Positions 35,978 to 45,567 of a stretch of DNA of 63,669 nucleotides are shown in pieces. Both the position numbers and the translations under genes were made by a program. The first letter of the stretch is position 1. The number at the start of each line of letters is the position of its first letter. A model generated the notes under the pieces. The model saw only the letters and a program-made list of their open reading frames with translations. It was not told the origin of the DNA and searched no databases. The stretch is from NCBI GenBank assembly GCA_964422865.1, contig CAYRCU010000003.1:1-63669 (forward strand). Reading direction: 5' to 3'. This DNA comes from an uncultured Gammaproteobacteria bacterium (GTDB lineage: Bacteria > Patescibacteriota > Microgenomatia > UBA8517).

Positions 35978-37717
35978 ATGCAATTTGTTAAAAATTTACA
36001 GACCTCCTGGAAAATTATAAAAAAACCCAATTTTTTTCCCCTCGCCATTGTAATTTTCTTTGGGATTTTGGCAGGGAAGGGGCTAATAGGTAGCGGCTAC
36101 TTTAACATGCACGATGATCTTCAAATAATGCGTCAGTTTGAGCTCGAGAAGTGCTTTCTGGACGGTCAAATTCCTTGTCGCTGGGTTCCTGATATGGGTT
36201 ATGGGTTTGGCTTTCCTTTATTTAATTTCTACCCGCCTCTCCCCTATTTGATAGGGCAGGGGATAAGGGTTTTGGGCTACAGTTTTATAACGACCATAAA
36301 GCTTCTTTTTATCATTTCATTTGTAGTAAGCGGTGTTTCAATGTATTTTTTAAGTCGCGAATTTTTCGGCAGATTCGGTGGAATTGTTTCAAGCATTTTT
36401 TATATTTGGGCCCCGTATCATGCGGTAGATGTATATGTAAGAGGAGCCATGAATGAATCCTGGGCTTTTATGTGGTTTCCTCTGATTTTGTGGACAAGCT
36501 ACAAGCTTATTATTAAAAAAGAAAACCAATGGGCCTGGATCATGGGTTTGGCTCTTTCCTGGTTTGCTCTTTTTACATCACACAATTTAATGGTTTTAAT
36601 TTTTACTCCCTTTTTTGCTGTCTGGTGCGGCATTTGGTTAATAAGCTCAAAAAATTACAAACACATTCCTCAACTGATAATTTCAGGCCTCTGGGCCCTT
36701 GGTTTAAGTGCTTTTTTTACTCTTCCGGTTCTTTTGGAGAAAGGAATTGTGGCTACGGACACACTTGTTGTCGGCTATTATGAATATACCGCCCACTTTG
36801 CAAATCTGTCCCAACTTCTTTTTAGCCGTTTCTGGGGATATGGTCCATCCGTCTGGTTAACGGAAGGCGACAGAATGTCGTTTCAGATTGGTTGGATTCA
36901 TTGGGGCCTGTCACTCTTTATTGCCATACTTCTTGCAGCAAGATATCTAAAAACCAAAAAAATCGATCAACTGTTTCTTGTCACGGCATTTGTATTAGCA
37001 ACTGGCTGGTTTACAGCCTTTATGGCACATTCCCGCTCGACTCCAATCTGGCAGCTTTTTCACCCTCAACTGAAATTTGTACAATTCCCCTGGCGCTTTG
37101 TAGCAATTGTAATTTTCAGCTTCTCATTTGCGGCAGGTTCCCTGGTTAAATTATTACCCAAAATAATCGCTCATATATTGTCATCAATACTTCTTTTGGC
37201 GGTCTTGATTTACAGCTGGAACTATTTTCTTCCGGAACACGGCCGCTTAGGTCCCCTTACGGATGAAGAAAAGCTTTCCGGAGTAGCCTGGGATATGCAG
37301 CAGACCGCGGGGATTTATGATTACCTTCCGGCGGCTGCACGTACTGCACCCAAAGAACCAAGAAAAACGGTTATTGACATAGTGGAAGGAAAAGGTGAAA
37401 TTCCAAGCAGTTTTCTGGGAACAAATTGGGCAAAAGCAGTTGTGTACATGGAAAGCTCCGGCACGGTTCGATTAAATATTATAGATTTTCCCAATTGGAA
37501 AATCAGTGTCAACGGAATTGAAACAACTCATTTTGTGCCCGAAGAAGAAGAGTGGGGAAGAATGTATATAAAACTTCCGGCAGGGAGAAGTGAGATTGAA
37601 GCACGCCTGCACGACACCTGGCCGCGCACGGCGGGGAACATGATTTCTCTCTTCTCTTGGATCTTTCTCGCCGCCTTTGCCGTCCATAAGGAACGGAAAG
37701 CATGTTCAAAAAAATAA
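35978..37717 (+). CDS. GT-C membrane protein (so-called PTPS-related/YfhO-like family)
   Basis: HDD, RWVPDMGYGFGFPLFNFYPPL, YHAVDVYVRGAMNE, QFPWRF, C-terminal FPNW domain. Confidence 0.75.
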   Translation: MQFVKNLQTSWKIIKKPNFFPLAIVIFFGILAGKGLIGSGYFNMHDDLQIMRQFELEKCFLDGQIPCRWVPDMGYGFGFPLFNFYPPLPYLIGQGIRVLGYSFITTIKLLFIISFVVSGVSMYFLSREFFGRFGGIVSSIFYIWAPYHAVDVYVRGAMNESWAFMWFPLILWTSYKLIIKKENQWAWIMGLALSWFALFTSHNLMVLIFTPFFAVWCGIWLISSKNYKHIPQLIISGLWALGLSAFFTLPVLLEKGIVATDTLVVGYYEYTAHFANLSQLLFSRFWGYGPSVWLTEGDRMSFQIGWIHWGLSLFIAILLAARYLKTKKIDQLFLVTAFVLATGWFTAFMAHSRSTPIWQLFHPQLKFVQFPWRFVAIVIFSFSFAAGSLVKLLPKIIAHILSSILLLAVLIYSWNYFLPEHGRLGPLTDEEKLSGVAWDMQQTAGIYDYLPAAARTAPKEPRKTVIDIVEGKGEIPSSFLGTNWAKAVVYMESSGTVRLNIIDFPNWKISVNGIETTHFVPEEEEWGRMYIKLPAGRSEIEARLHDTWPRTAGNMISLFSWIFLAAFAVHKERKACSKK

Positions 37718-39141
37718 TCTTCACATATTCTCTTGCCCTTTTTCTCTTTTTTCCTGTCTTTAATACTTTCTTTGCCCAGGATGACTTTTTTCACTTTAAA
37801 GTTGCCCTGACGGACGGATCACTCGGTGCATTCATTCGCTTTTTTGGTTTTTACCCATTCAGCGTCCGCGGCATTGCCTTTTATCGCCCCATCTTTCGGG
37901 AAGTTGTATACAATATCTTCTATTCACTCTTCGGTCTCAACGCTTTTCCCTTTAGAATCCTTCAATTTATCATCCACTTTATAAATATCTATCTTGTCTA
38001 CATTCTCACTCAAAAACTTTTCAAGAATTCCCAAATATCTTTTTTCACCTCGCTCTTTTTTGGCATAACTGCCGCAAACGTAGGAATTCTTTACTATCTT
38101 GCAGGCGGGATCCAAGCATCGGGAGCCACAATGTTTATCCTTGCGTCTCTTCTCGCCTTTTTTAATAACCGTCGCACTTTAAGTTTTTTATTCTTCATTC
38201 TCGCACTCGCTTCACACGAGCTTTCTGTTATTCTTCCAATTCTTCTGGCTGGATTAATATTCATTAACTCCAAAAGCACAAAATCATTTTTACTAAAGTC
38301 TCTCACCACTCTCTGGCCTTACATTCTAACTTTATTTACCTACTTAACTCTAAATTTAAAAGTAATTGGCTTTTCACACTCGGAAGTGCAATATCAGCCG
38401 GTTTTCGACGCTGCAAAAACTATAAACACACTCTCTTGGTACGGTTTCTGGAGTTTGGGTTTGCCCGAAATGACGGTTGATTTCGTTCGCCCGGGCCTAA
38501 AGCTTGATCCTCGTCTAATGCGCTTCTGGAGCAGTTATTTCAAGCTTATTTTCCCGGCATTTTTCTTCTCACTGGCGGCAATATTTCTCGCCGCCGTCCG
38601 TCTTTTGACTACAAATCACAAAAAAATATTTAACAAAAAACTACTGTTTCTATTAGCTTGGTTTTTCTTGAGCCTTTTCCCGGTTATCTTCCTGCCGCTC
38701 CACAAGAAAACTTATTATCTGGCACCCGCTCTCCCGGCATTTTGGATGGCAGTGGTATATATAGTTTATTCATCTAAAGCACATCTTTTTTATCTTCTTG
38801 CAATATCTCTCTTGGTATTAAACATAACTTCCATAAAACTTGGGGAAAAAACATATCCTGCAATACAAAGGGGTAAAATCTCAAAAAAACTAATTGAAGA
38901 CATTAAATCCACATATCCAACTCTGCCAAAGGAAGCTGTTTTTTACATCAAGAATGATCCTGGCTACAAAGTTTTCTCAAACGAATGGGGAAGTACAAGC
39001 AAACAAGCCTTCTATGCACTCTCGGGTTCAGACGCTCTTGAGCTTCTCTACAACAACTCAACTTTAAAAGTGTATTATGAAGACCTAAAAACCCCTCCTC
39101 CGGATTCTAAAATAATTGAATTTGTCGCAGTTGCAGACTAA
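37702..39141 (+). CDS. GT-C-like membrane protein (DD...YRP type, no TPR)
   Basis: FAQDDFFH, FYRP, ASHE, YYL; polytopic. Confidence 0.7.
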   Translation: MFKKIIFTYSLALFLFFPVFNTFFAQDDFFHFKVALTDGSLGAFIRFFGFYPFSVRGIAFYRPIFREVVYNIFYSLFGLNAFPFRILQFIIHFINIYLVYILTQKLFKNSQISFFTSLFFGITAANVGILYYLAGGIQASGATMFILASLLAFFNNRRTLSFLFFILALASHELSVILPILLAGLIFINSKSTKSFLLKSLTTLWPYILTLFTYLTLNLKVIGFSHSEVQYQPVFDAAKTINTLSWYGFWSLGLPEMTVDFVRPGLKLDPRLMRFWSSYFKLIFPAFFFSLAAIFLAAVRLLTTNHKKIFNKKLLFLLAWFFLSLFPVIFLPLHKKTYYLAPALPAFWMAVVYIVYSSKAHLFYLLAISLLVLNITSIKLGEKTYPAIQRGKISKKLIEDIKSTYPTLPKEAVFYIKNDPGYKVFSNEWGSTSKQAFYALSGSDALELLYNNSTLKVYYEDLKTPPPDSKIIEFVAVAD

Positions 39142-40775
39142 TCTGAACATTTCTTGTGAGGATCAGTTCTCCATCCCACAAAGACAATGTAATCAACAGG
39201 ATCCCTAATCTCAAAAATCTTTTCAAGACCATGTTCCTCCGCCTGGCCTGAGGAAATTGCAAATTCGTCTCCGACAAGTATCTGTTCAATACAGGGGTCA
39301 CTTTCCCAGGAAATACTTCCGGTTCTGATATTTGAAAAACTGTAGTCTTCATTAAATATCGGACGGTTGTAATAATCATCTCTAATCTCGGGGTCAACCA
39401 TCTTTTGAAACTTCTCAGGCGGATATTTTAGAAAAAATGCAAGTTCTATATAAGCAGGCTTCAAGCGCGATTGGTCAATCAAAAACATTTCTTTAGGCCT
39501 GTTTTGTGTTTCCCGGGCAAGCTCCTTAAATCCCCAGTTCCAAGCTCCGGCTCTTTCACCGGGGAGAAGCACAAAGTACGATCTCCACAGTAGTACCAAG
39601 GATAAGAAGATTAGAAAGCCTCCCACAGGAACCCACACGATCTTCAAAGTTCTGGAAACAATTTCGTCAACCCCAATAGAAATAACAATGGAAAGCGGCA
39701 ATAAAAGAGGCAGAGCCCTTTGCGTTGAAAAAGGTGTTCCCGTTAGTGCAATTGGCACAGGAAGCACAAAAAGAAGCATTATTAAAAATTTAAAAAATAG
39801 TTTCCTTCGTCTGTTGTATAAAACCCAAATTCCCACAAAATAGAGCAGTATCATCCAAGGATAAAACACGGACAATTCCGGCACGGATCGTTGCGGGTCC
39901 GAATCCGGAAGAAAGAATAAATTTCTTGGAGAATAGTAAGACACGTATTGAGAAAAAAACTCTCTAAAAAAAGACAAAGGCCAGGCAATCAATCTCGGCA
40001 TAAAAAGAATCTTATCTGCCTCCCGGGCTACTGCATCTTTGTAAAACAAAGTATTCTTGGAAAAAAGTGCCCCGGTTCTCAGAAGAATAAGATGGGGTAT
40101 TTGAATAAAGAGTCCTATTCCCATTCCCCATAAAAGGCATTTTTTGCTTTTTTTTCTAAACAGCTCTTTTCTAAAGACTAAAAAGTAAGCCAGTCCAAAA
40201 ATTGGCACAACAAACCTCTCTGTGTGTGCCCCGTATGTTGAAAAAGACAACAAAGGCAGAGCAAGCATTAGGTATTTTGGTTTCTTAAAAGAAATCCAGG
40301 AAAATAAAACTCCCAACGAAAAAACAAAAAAGCCAAAATATGTCTCATAACCGGCTCGCGCAAAAAATACATTCCACGGGCTTATCACAAAAAGAAAAGT
40401 TCCCAGCGCCACGGAAGATTTTTTCTTTAACACTCCGCTTGTCTGCAAAAAAAACGCAAAAATCAAAGCACTCATCACACCACTCAAGGCTGAAACAAAC
40501 CTCACTGAAAAAATACTCAATCCAAACACTCCGATAGAAAGACTGGTTAAATACGTATAGATAGGAGGGGAGTATGATCCGAAAAATCTAAACAATACAG
40601 GAAAGCTCTTTCCATACTCATCTTTACCGGTTTTTAATATAGAATACGCATTATATCCCGTAGTCGCTTCATCCACGTAAAGCCCGTTTGGAACCTCACC
40701 CAGTTTGTAAAAATACAAAAAAGTCCCGATCAAAGTAACCGCTATTATCATTAAAGAGACTCTAGTTTTTCGCAT
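39138..40775 (-). CDS. GT-C glycosyltransferase (DE..GYNAYSI.KTG paralog family)
   Basis: LYVDEATTGYNAYSILKTGKDEYG, SPWNVFFARAGYE. Confidence 0.82.
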   Translation of the reverse strand: MRKTRVSLMIIAVTLIGTFLYFYKLGEVPNGLYVDEATTGYNAYSILKTGKDEYGKSFPVLFRFFGSYSPPIYTYLTSLSIGVFGLSIFSVRFVSALSGVMSALIFAFFLQTSGVLKKKSSVALGTFLFVISPWNVFFARAGYETYFGFFVFSLGVLFSWISFKKPKYLMLALPLLSFSTYGAHTERFVVPIFGLAYFLVFRKELFRKKSKKCLLWGMGIGLFIQIPHLILLRTGALFSKNTLFYKDAVAREADKILFMPRLIAWPLSFFREFFSQYVSYYSPRNLFFLPDSDPQRSVPELSVFYPWMILLYFVGIWVLYNRRRKLFFKFLIMLLFVLPVPIALTGTPFSTQRALPLLLPLSIVISIGVDEIVSRTLKIVWVPVGGFLIFLSLVLLWRSYFVLLPGERAGAWNWGFKELARETQNRPKEMFLIDQSRLKPAYIELAFFLKYPPEKFQKMVDPEIRDDYYNRPIFNEDYSFSNIRTGSISWESDPCIEQILVGDEFAISSGQAEEHGLEKIFEIRDPVDYIVFVGWRTDPHKKCSD

Positions 40776-41421
40776 ATGAAATCATCTGAATAAATACAAG
40801 TACCACTAAAACAACAAAAAGCTTTTTAATTAGTCCGTTTGGAATTTTCTTAAACCCCTCGGCTACCCCAACAACAATAAATGGCATCAGACTAAACGGC
40901 CCAATAGAACTTCTACTGCCAATTAAAGAAAGCAAAACCACGGGAGCCATAAAACTCATTGCAAAATATCTATTCCACCTCACCTCAAGAAGTCCCCAAA
41001 GAAAAATCGGCAGAAAAACATAGGGAAATTTCTCAAATTCTCGAACTCCCACTCTTTCTCTCGGATGGTTTGCAAAAAAATATACATTTGGCCCCACCAC
41101 CTCGGAGAAATTGTTCGCAATCCTGGTCCAAGCAATGCTTTCCTTTCTTCCTTCGAGCCAATATCCAATTCTTAAGTATTTCGGCGGGTATTCACCAAGC
41201 CTCATGACCTGAATTCTTCGCTCATCGTTGCTTAGAGCTGTCAGAGAAACCTTTTGAGTAGTCTTCCATTGAAATATCAAAAGAAGCACAAGAAACAAGA
41301 AAAAACTGTTATGTTTTTTGTAAAGAGCCAAACTTCCAAGAATCACCAAAAATCCGGCAAACAAGTTTACGGCGAGTATTTTATACACCCAAAGATTGGC
41401 TAGTAATGGAAACCAAATCAC
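40762..41421 (-). CDS. small membrane protein resembling the C-terminal half of the neighbouring GT-C paralogs
   Basis: 219 aa. NFSEVVGPNVYFFANHPRERVG...FPYVFLPIFLWG parallels YYSPRNLFFLPDSDPQRSVPELSVFYPW of 39138-40775. No DE loop. Confidence 0.6.
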   Translation of the reverse strand: MIWFPLLANLWVYKILAVNLFAGFLVILGSLALYKKHNSFFLFLVLLLIFQWKTTQKVSLTALSNDERRIQVMRLGEYPPKYLRIGYWLEGRKESIAWTRIANNFSEVVGPNVYFFANHPRERVGVREFEKFPYVFLPIFLWGLLEVRWNRYFAMSFMAPVVLLSLIGSRSSIGPFSLMPFIVVGVAEGFKKIPNGLIKKLFVVLVVLVFIQMISYAKN

Positions 41422-41428
41422 TTAAAAT

Positions 41429-41450
41429 ATTGTAGCACCAATGCTACAAT
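41429..41450. promoter_or_regulatory. palindromic back-to-back extended -10 pair (bidirectional promoter or operator)
   Basis: ATTGTAGCA-CCAA-TGCTACAAT. Each TGCTACAAT is exactly 7 nt from a GTG start (41421 minus, 41458 plus). Confidence 0.75.
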
Positions 41451-41457
41451 TACAATT

Positions 41458-42945
41458 GTGCGTAAGCCAGGAGAACACATTGACCCCACAACGGAAATAT
41501 CCCTAGAAACAGTTAAAAATCGCACTGTGAAAGGAGTCTTCGTTCTAACAGGCCGCACCTTTGTATTAAATGTCATAGCATTTATCGCCCAGGGCTTCCT
41601 ATGGGCATACCTCAGCCCGAACGAATTTGGAGTATTCTGGATAGTATCCGCAATTGTAAACTTCTTAGCCTATTTTAGTGATATTGGTCTTGCCGCGGCA
41701 TTAATTCAAAAAAAAGAAAAACCAACAAGGCTGGATCTTGAAACAACTTTTACGGTTCAGCAAATTCTTGTAATAACACTTCTAGTGGCACTTTTCTTTA
41801 TAGCACCCTCTCTGGAAAGAATTCAATCTCTCTCCGGGGAAGGAAGAATGCTGATGTATGCTCTCGGGATATCATTCTTTCTTTCTTCCTTGAAAAGCAT
41901 TCCGTCAGTTCTTCTGGAACGCAAACTGGAGTTTAATAAATTTATTATCCCGCAAGTCATCGAAAACTTGGTCTACAATATTATCGTTGTGGTTCTCGCC
42001 ATAAATGGCTTTGGAATTTCAAGTTTTACCTATGCCGTGCTTGCCAGGGGGGTTGTGGGGCTTGTAGCAATCTATATCCTAGAGCCATGGACGCCGGGAA
42101 TAGCGTTATCAAGAAAATCTTTAAAAAACCTAATGTCATTTGGCCTGCCATATCAGGCAAACACTCTTCTTGCGGTTATCAAGGATGATGGCATGACAAT
42201 AATGCTGGGCAGTATTTTAGGTCCGTCCGGAGTAGGAATACTGGGGACCGCACAACGCCTTGCCCAATACCCTTTAAGATTTTTCATGGACAATGTCACA
42301 AAAGTTACCTTCCCGGCTTTTTCCAGGATGCAGGATGACAAAGATCACTTAAAGCGATCGGTAACACGCTCAATCTTTTTTATCACTTTTCTTGTTTTCC
42401 CGAGCATAATTGGTCTTGCAGTTATTGCCCCTGCTGTAATAAAAGTAATTCCTCGCTATGGAAAATGGGAACCGGCGCTTATCCCTCTCGCACTCCTTAC
42501 AATTAACGTCATGTTTGCAAGTATCACAACTCAGCTCACAAACCTTCTAAATGCAATCGGAAAAATAAAGACCACCTTCAAGCTTATGGTCATGTGGACA
42601 GTGCTCACGCTCACTCTTATTCCCTACCTCTCCCTGAAGCTGGGTGTAAATGGCGCGGCCCTCGGCTACGCATTAATCGGAACGAGCTCAATTATCGCAA
42701 TTTTTGTAGCCAAGCGTTATGTGAATTTCTCGCTCATTGATTCAACCTTAAAACCTCTTCTGGCCTCTCTGGTTATGGGAGTTGTTGTTTTCTTTCTAAG
42801 GAATGCTCTTCCGGTAAGCGCCACTTCTCTTCTGGTTCTCGTGGCAACAGGTGCGGTCACCTACATCTCAGTTATTTTTGCTTTGATAGGAGCCACACTC
42901 ATTGAAGATGCAAAAAAAGGTTTCAAGAATATTTTTTCAAAATAA
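41458..42945 (+). CDS. Wzx/PST-family oligosaccharide flippase
   Basis: LSPNEFG, DIGLAAALIQKK, LERKLEF, LGPSGVG; more than 12 TMs. Confidence 0.88.
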   Translation: MRKPGEHIDPTTEISLETVKNRTVKGVFVLTGRTFVLNVIAFIAQGFLWAYLSPNEFGVFWIVSAIVNFLAYFSDIGLAAALIQKKEKPTRLDLETTFTVQQILVITLLVALFFIAPSLERIQSLSGEGRMLMYALGISFFLSSLKSIPSVLLERKLEFNKFIIPQVIENLVYNIIVVVLAINGFGISSFTYAVLARGVVGLVAIYILEPWTPGIALSRKSLKNLMSFGLPYQANTLLAVIKDDGMTIMLGSILGPSGVGILGTAQRLAQYPLRFFMDNVTKVTFPAFSRMQDDKDHLKRSVTRSIFFITFLVFPSIIGLAVIAPAVIKVIPRYGKWEPALIPLALLTINVMFASITTQLTNLLNAIGKIKTTFKLMVMWTVLTLTLIPYLSLKLGVNGAALGYALIGTSSIIAIFVAKRYVNFSLIDSTLKPLLASLVMGVVVFFLRNALPVSATSLLVLVATGAVTYISVIFALIGATLIEDAKKGFKNIFSK

Positions 42946-44596
42946 ATATATATTACTCTTAATAGTTCTTGGGAGTTTGTCTTGGTCTTTGGTTATGATT
43001 CGAAGCGGACTAAGATATGACTACGGTCTTGGGTTCTGGGGACCAAACGGACACGATGGAATTTGGCATATAGCGCTAATCAACTCATTAACCCGTTTTC
43101 CTTGGCAAATGCCCACCTACGCCGGAGTGCCTCTAAAAAACTATCACATAGGTTTTGATCTTTTAATTGCTGCTGTTCACAAGTTAACTGCTGTCCCCGT
43201 GCACAATTTATACTTTCAAGTCATTCCTCCGATTCTCGCCATCCTCATGGGGTTATTAACATACAAATTTGTAAGTCTGTGGAAAAAATCCCAAAAATCC
43301 GCATTCTGGGGTACCTTTTTTGTATACTTCGGTGGAAGTTTTGGTTGGATCATAACACTCTTTTACCGCAAAACACTTGGCGGCGAATCAATGTTTTGGT
43401 CTCAGCAAGCTATCTCCACTCTTATAAATCCTCCCTTTGCTCTTTCTCTGGTAGTACTCCTCACGGGGTTAATTTTTCTTCAAAAAAAGCACGCACCGTT
43501 TGCAATACTTGCCTTTGGAGTTCTAATTCAAATAAAGTCATACGCAGGTGCATTAGCCCTCGGCAGCCTCCTTGTAGCAGGTGTCTATCAAATGCTTTTT
43601 CAAAAAAAAGCAGAGACACTAAAAATATTCACAGGTTCTCTTGTTCTTTCTCTAATCCTCTATCTTCCTCTAAACGCAAACTCTTCCTCGCTTTTAGTCT
43701 TCAAACCTTTTTGGTTTCTGGAGACAATGATGCAGTTAACGGATCGCGTAGGCTGGATTAAGTTTGGTGAGGCTATGGTTAACTACAAATACGCAAATAA
43801 TTTTTTTAAAGCAATTCCGGCATACGCCGTAGCCTTTGCAATTTTTATTATTGGCAATCTCGGAACAAGAATAATTAGTCTCAAATATTTTTTCAAAAAA
43901 TTGGACATGGACATTTTAAATGTCTACATTTTTTCGCTCATTGCGGCGGGTATCATTATCCCCACCTTTTTTGTCCAGAAAGGAACACCTTGGAACACAA
44001 TTCAGTTTTTCTATTATTCCTTGTTTTTTTTGAGTATTTTGGCCGGAGTAACCCTGGCATCAATTTTACAAAACACCCACACTATATTGATACATATCAT
44101 TATAGTGATAACGGTGGTTTTGACAACGATTCCAACAACCATTGGAACCCTAAAAGACATTTATTTGCCCACAGCCCCTCCAAGTTATTTATCAACTGCC
44201 GAACTTGAAGCGCTAAACTTTTTGTCTCAAGAACCACAAGGTGTGGTTCTTACATATCCGTTTGACGAAAAAGCCTCAAAAAGTGCCAAAGCACCAAAAC
44301 CTCTTTATTTGTATGTTTCTACAAGTTACGTCTCAGCTTTCTCTAAAAAACCTGTATTTTTAGAAGATGAAATGAACGCAGATATTACGGGCTTAAATTG
44401 GAGGAAACGCAGGGAAGAAATCGAAAAGTTCTATTCAAGTCTTGATCACAAGTTTGTTTACAATTTCCTCAGGGACAAAAATATTTCCTACATCTATTGG
44501 GTAAAGCCCCAACGCGCCCCTCTTGGAGAAACTCAGCTCGGAATAGACAGGATATTTGAAAACGAGGAGGTAGATATTTATAAAGTTGCCAATTAA
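42908..44596 (+). CDS. GT-C-like polytopic membrane protein
   Basis: NGHDGIWH acidic first loop, YHIGFD, IKSY; soluble C-terminal domain (FENEEVDIYKV). Confidence 0.65.
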   Translation: MQKKVSRIFFQNKYILLLIVLGSLSWSLVMIRSGLRYDYGLGFWGPNGHDGIWHIALINSLTRFPWQMPTYAGVPLKNYHIGFDLLIAAVHKLTAVPVHNLYFQVIPPILAILMGLLTYKFVSLWKKSQKSAFWGTFFVYFGGSFGWIITLFYRKTLGGESMFWSQQAISTLINPPFALSLVVLLTGLIFLQKKHAPFAILAFGVLIQIKSYAGALALGSLLVAGVYQMLFQKKAETLKIFTGSLVLSLILYLPLNANSSSLLVFKPFWFLETMMQLTDRVGWIKFGEAMVNYKYANNFFKAIPAYAVAFAIFIIGNLGTRIISLKYFFKKLDMDILNVYIFSLIAAGIIIPTFFVQKGTPWNTIQFFYYSLFFLSILAGVTLASILQNTHTILIHIIIVITVVLTTIPTTIGTLKDIYLPTAPPSYLSTAELEALNFLSQEPQGVVLTYPFDEKASKSAKAPKPLYLYVSTSYVSAFSKKPVFLEDEMNADITGLNWRKRREEIEKFYSSLDHKFVYNFLRDKNISYIYWVKPQRAPLGETQLGIDRIFENEEVDIYKVAN

Positions 44597-44638
44597 AACG
44601 AAAAAAAGCACTTTTCTGCATGGATACTGACTCACTCA

Positions 44639-44647
44639 TGATAAAAT
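44639..44647 (+). promoter_or_regulatory. extended -10 element TGATAAAAT, 7 nt before ATG 44655
   Basis: TGnTAnnnT; no SD. Confidence 0.55.
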
Positions 44648-44654
44648 TGTTTAA

Positions 44655-45554
44655 ATGCGAAAAATTTCCGTTGTTATAAACACTTTAAACGAAGAAAAAA
44701 ATCTTCCAAGATGTCTCGCATCAGTTAAAAATCTAGCGGATGAAGTCGTGGTTGTTGATATGAATTCCAGTGATAATACTCCCGTAATAGCAAGAAAAGC
44801 GGGTGCCAAAGTTTATACCCACAGAAGGATGGGCTACGTTGAACCTGCAAGAAACTATGCCATCAGTAAAGCTACAAACAAATGGATCTTGATCCTTGAT
44901 GCGGACGAAGAGATCCCCAAAAGCCTGGCCGCAGAAATAAAAAAAATTATCAAATCCCCAAAGGCCGATTACTATCGCCTTCCCAGGAAAAATATAATTT
45001 TCGGCAAGTGGATCAGGTATTCTCGCTGGTGGCCGGATTACAACATCAGGCTTTTTAAAAAAGGGGCAGTTATTTGGAGCGAAATCATTCACTCAATCCC
45101 GGAAACCCGCGGGAAAGGATCAGACCTTGAGCCGTCAGAAAAATTTGCCATAACACACCACAATTATCAATCCGTAGAGCAGTTTTTAAATCGTCTTAAT
45201 CGCTACACTTCTTATCAAGCAGAAAGCCTGATAAATGACGGGTACAAATTTGTTTGGTCGGATGTTTTAACAAAACCCTCAAAAGAATTTGCCGGCAGAT
45301 TTTTCGCATCCGAAGGCTACAAAGACAATCTTCATGGCTTAGCTCTGGCTCTCCTTCAAGCTTTCTCGGAACTGGTCTTGTATCTTAAGGTTTGGCAATA
45401 CGAAGGCTTCACGCAAAAAAAACTTGAAGTGAAAGAAGTAACAGTAAAAATCAAAGACACTCAAAAAGATCTTAATTATTGGACTGCGGACACTCTTTTG
45501 AAACACGGTGGAGGAGTAGTTCAGAGAATAAAAAGAAGATTTAAACTTCCGTAA
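44655..45554 (+). CDS. GT2 glycosyltransferase (WaaE/beta-1,4-glucosyltransferase-like)
   Basis: INTLNEEKNL, VDMNSSDNT, ILDADEE, WWPDYNIRLF, IHS. Confidence 0.88.
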   Translation: MRKISVVINTLNEEKNLPRCLASVKNLADEVVVVDMNSSDNTPVIARKAGAKVYTHRRMGYVEPARNYAISKATNKWILILDADEEIPKSLAAEIKKIIKSPKADYYRLPRKNIIFGKWIRYSRWWPDYNIRLFKKGAVIWSEIIHSIPETRGKGSDLEPSEKFAITHHNYQSVEQFLNRLNRYTSYQAESLINDGYKFVWSDVLTKPSKEFAGRFFASEGYKDNLHGLALALLQAFSELVLYLKVWQYEGFTQKKLEVKEVTVKIKDTQKDLNYWTADTLLKHGGGVVQRIKRRFKLP

Positions 45555-45567
45555 GACAAAGCGCGCA

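Noticed and set aside
35978-37717. 6-pyruvoyl-tetrahydropterin synthase activity
   Set aside because: The family name is a legacy label; the protein is polytopic with GT-C-like features and lacks the soluble PTPS His/Cys motifs.
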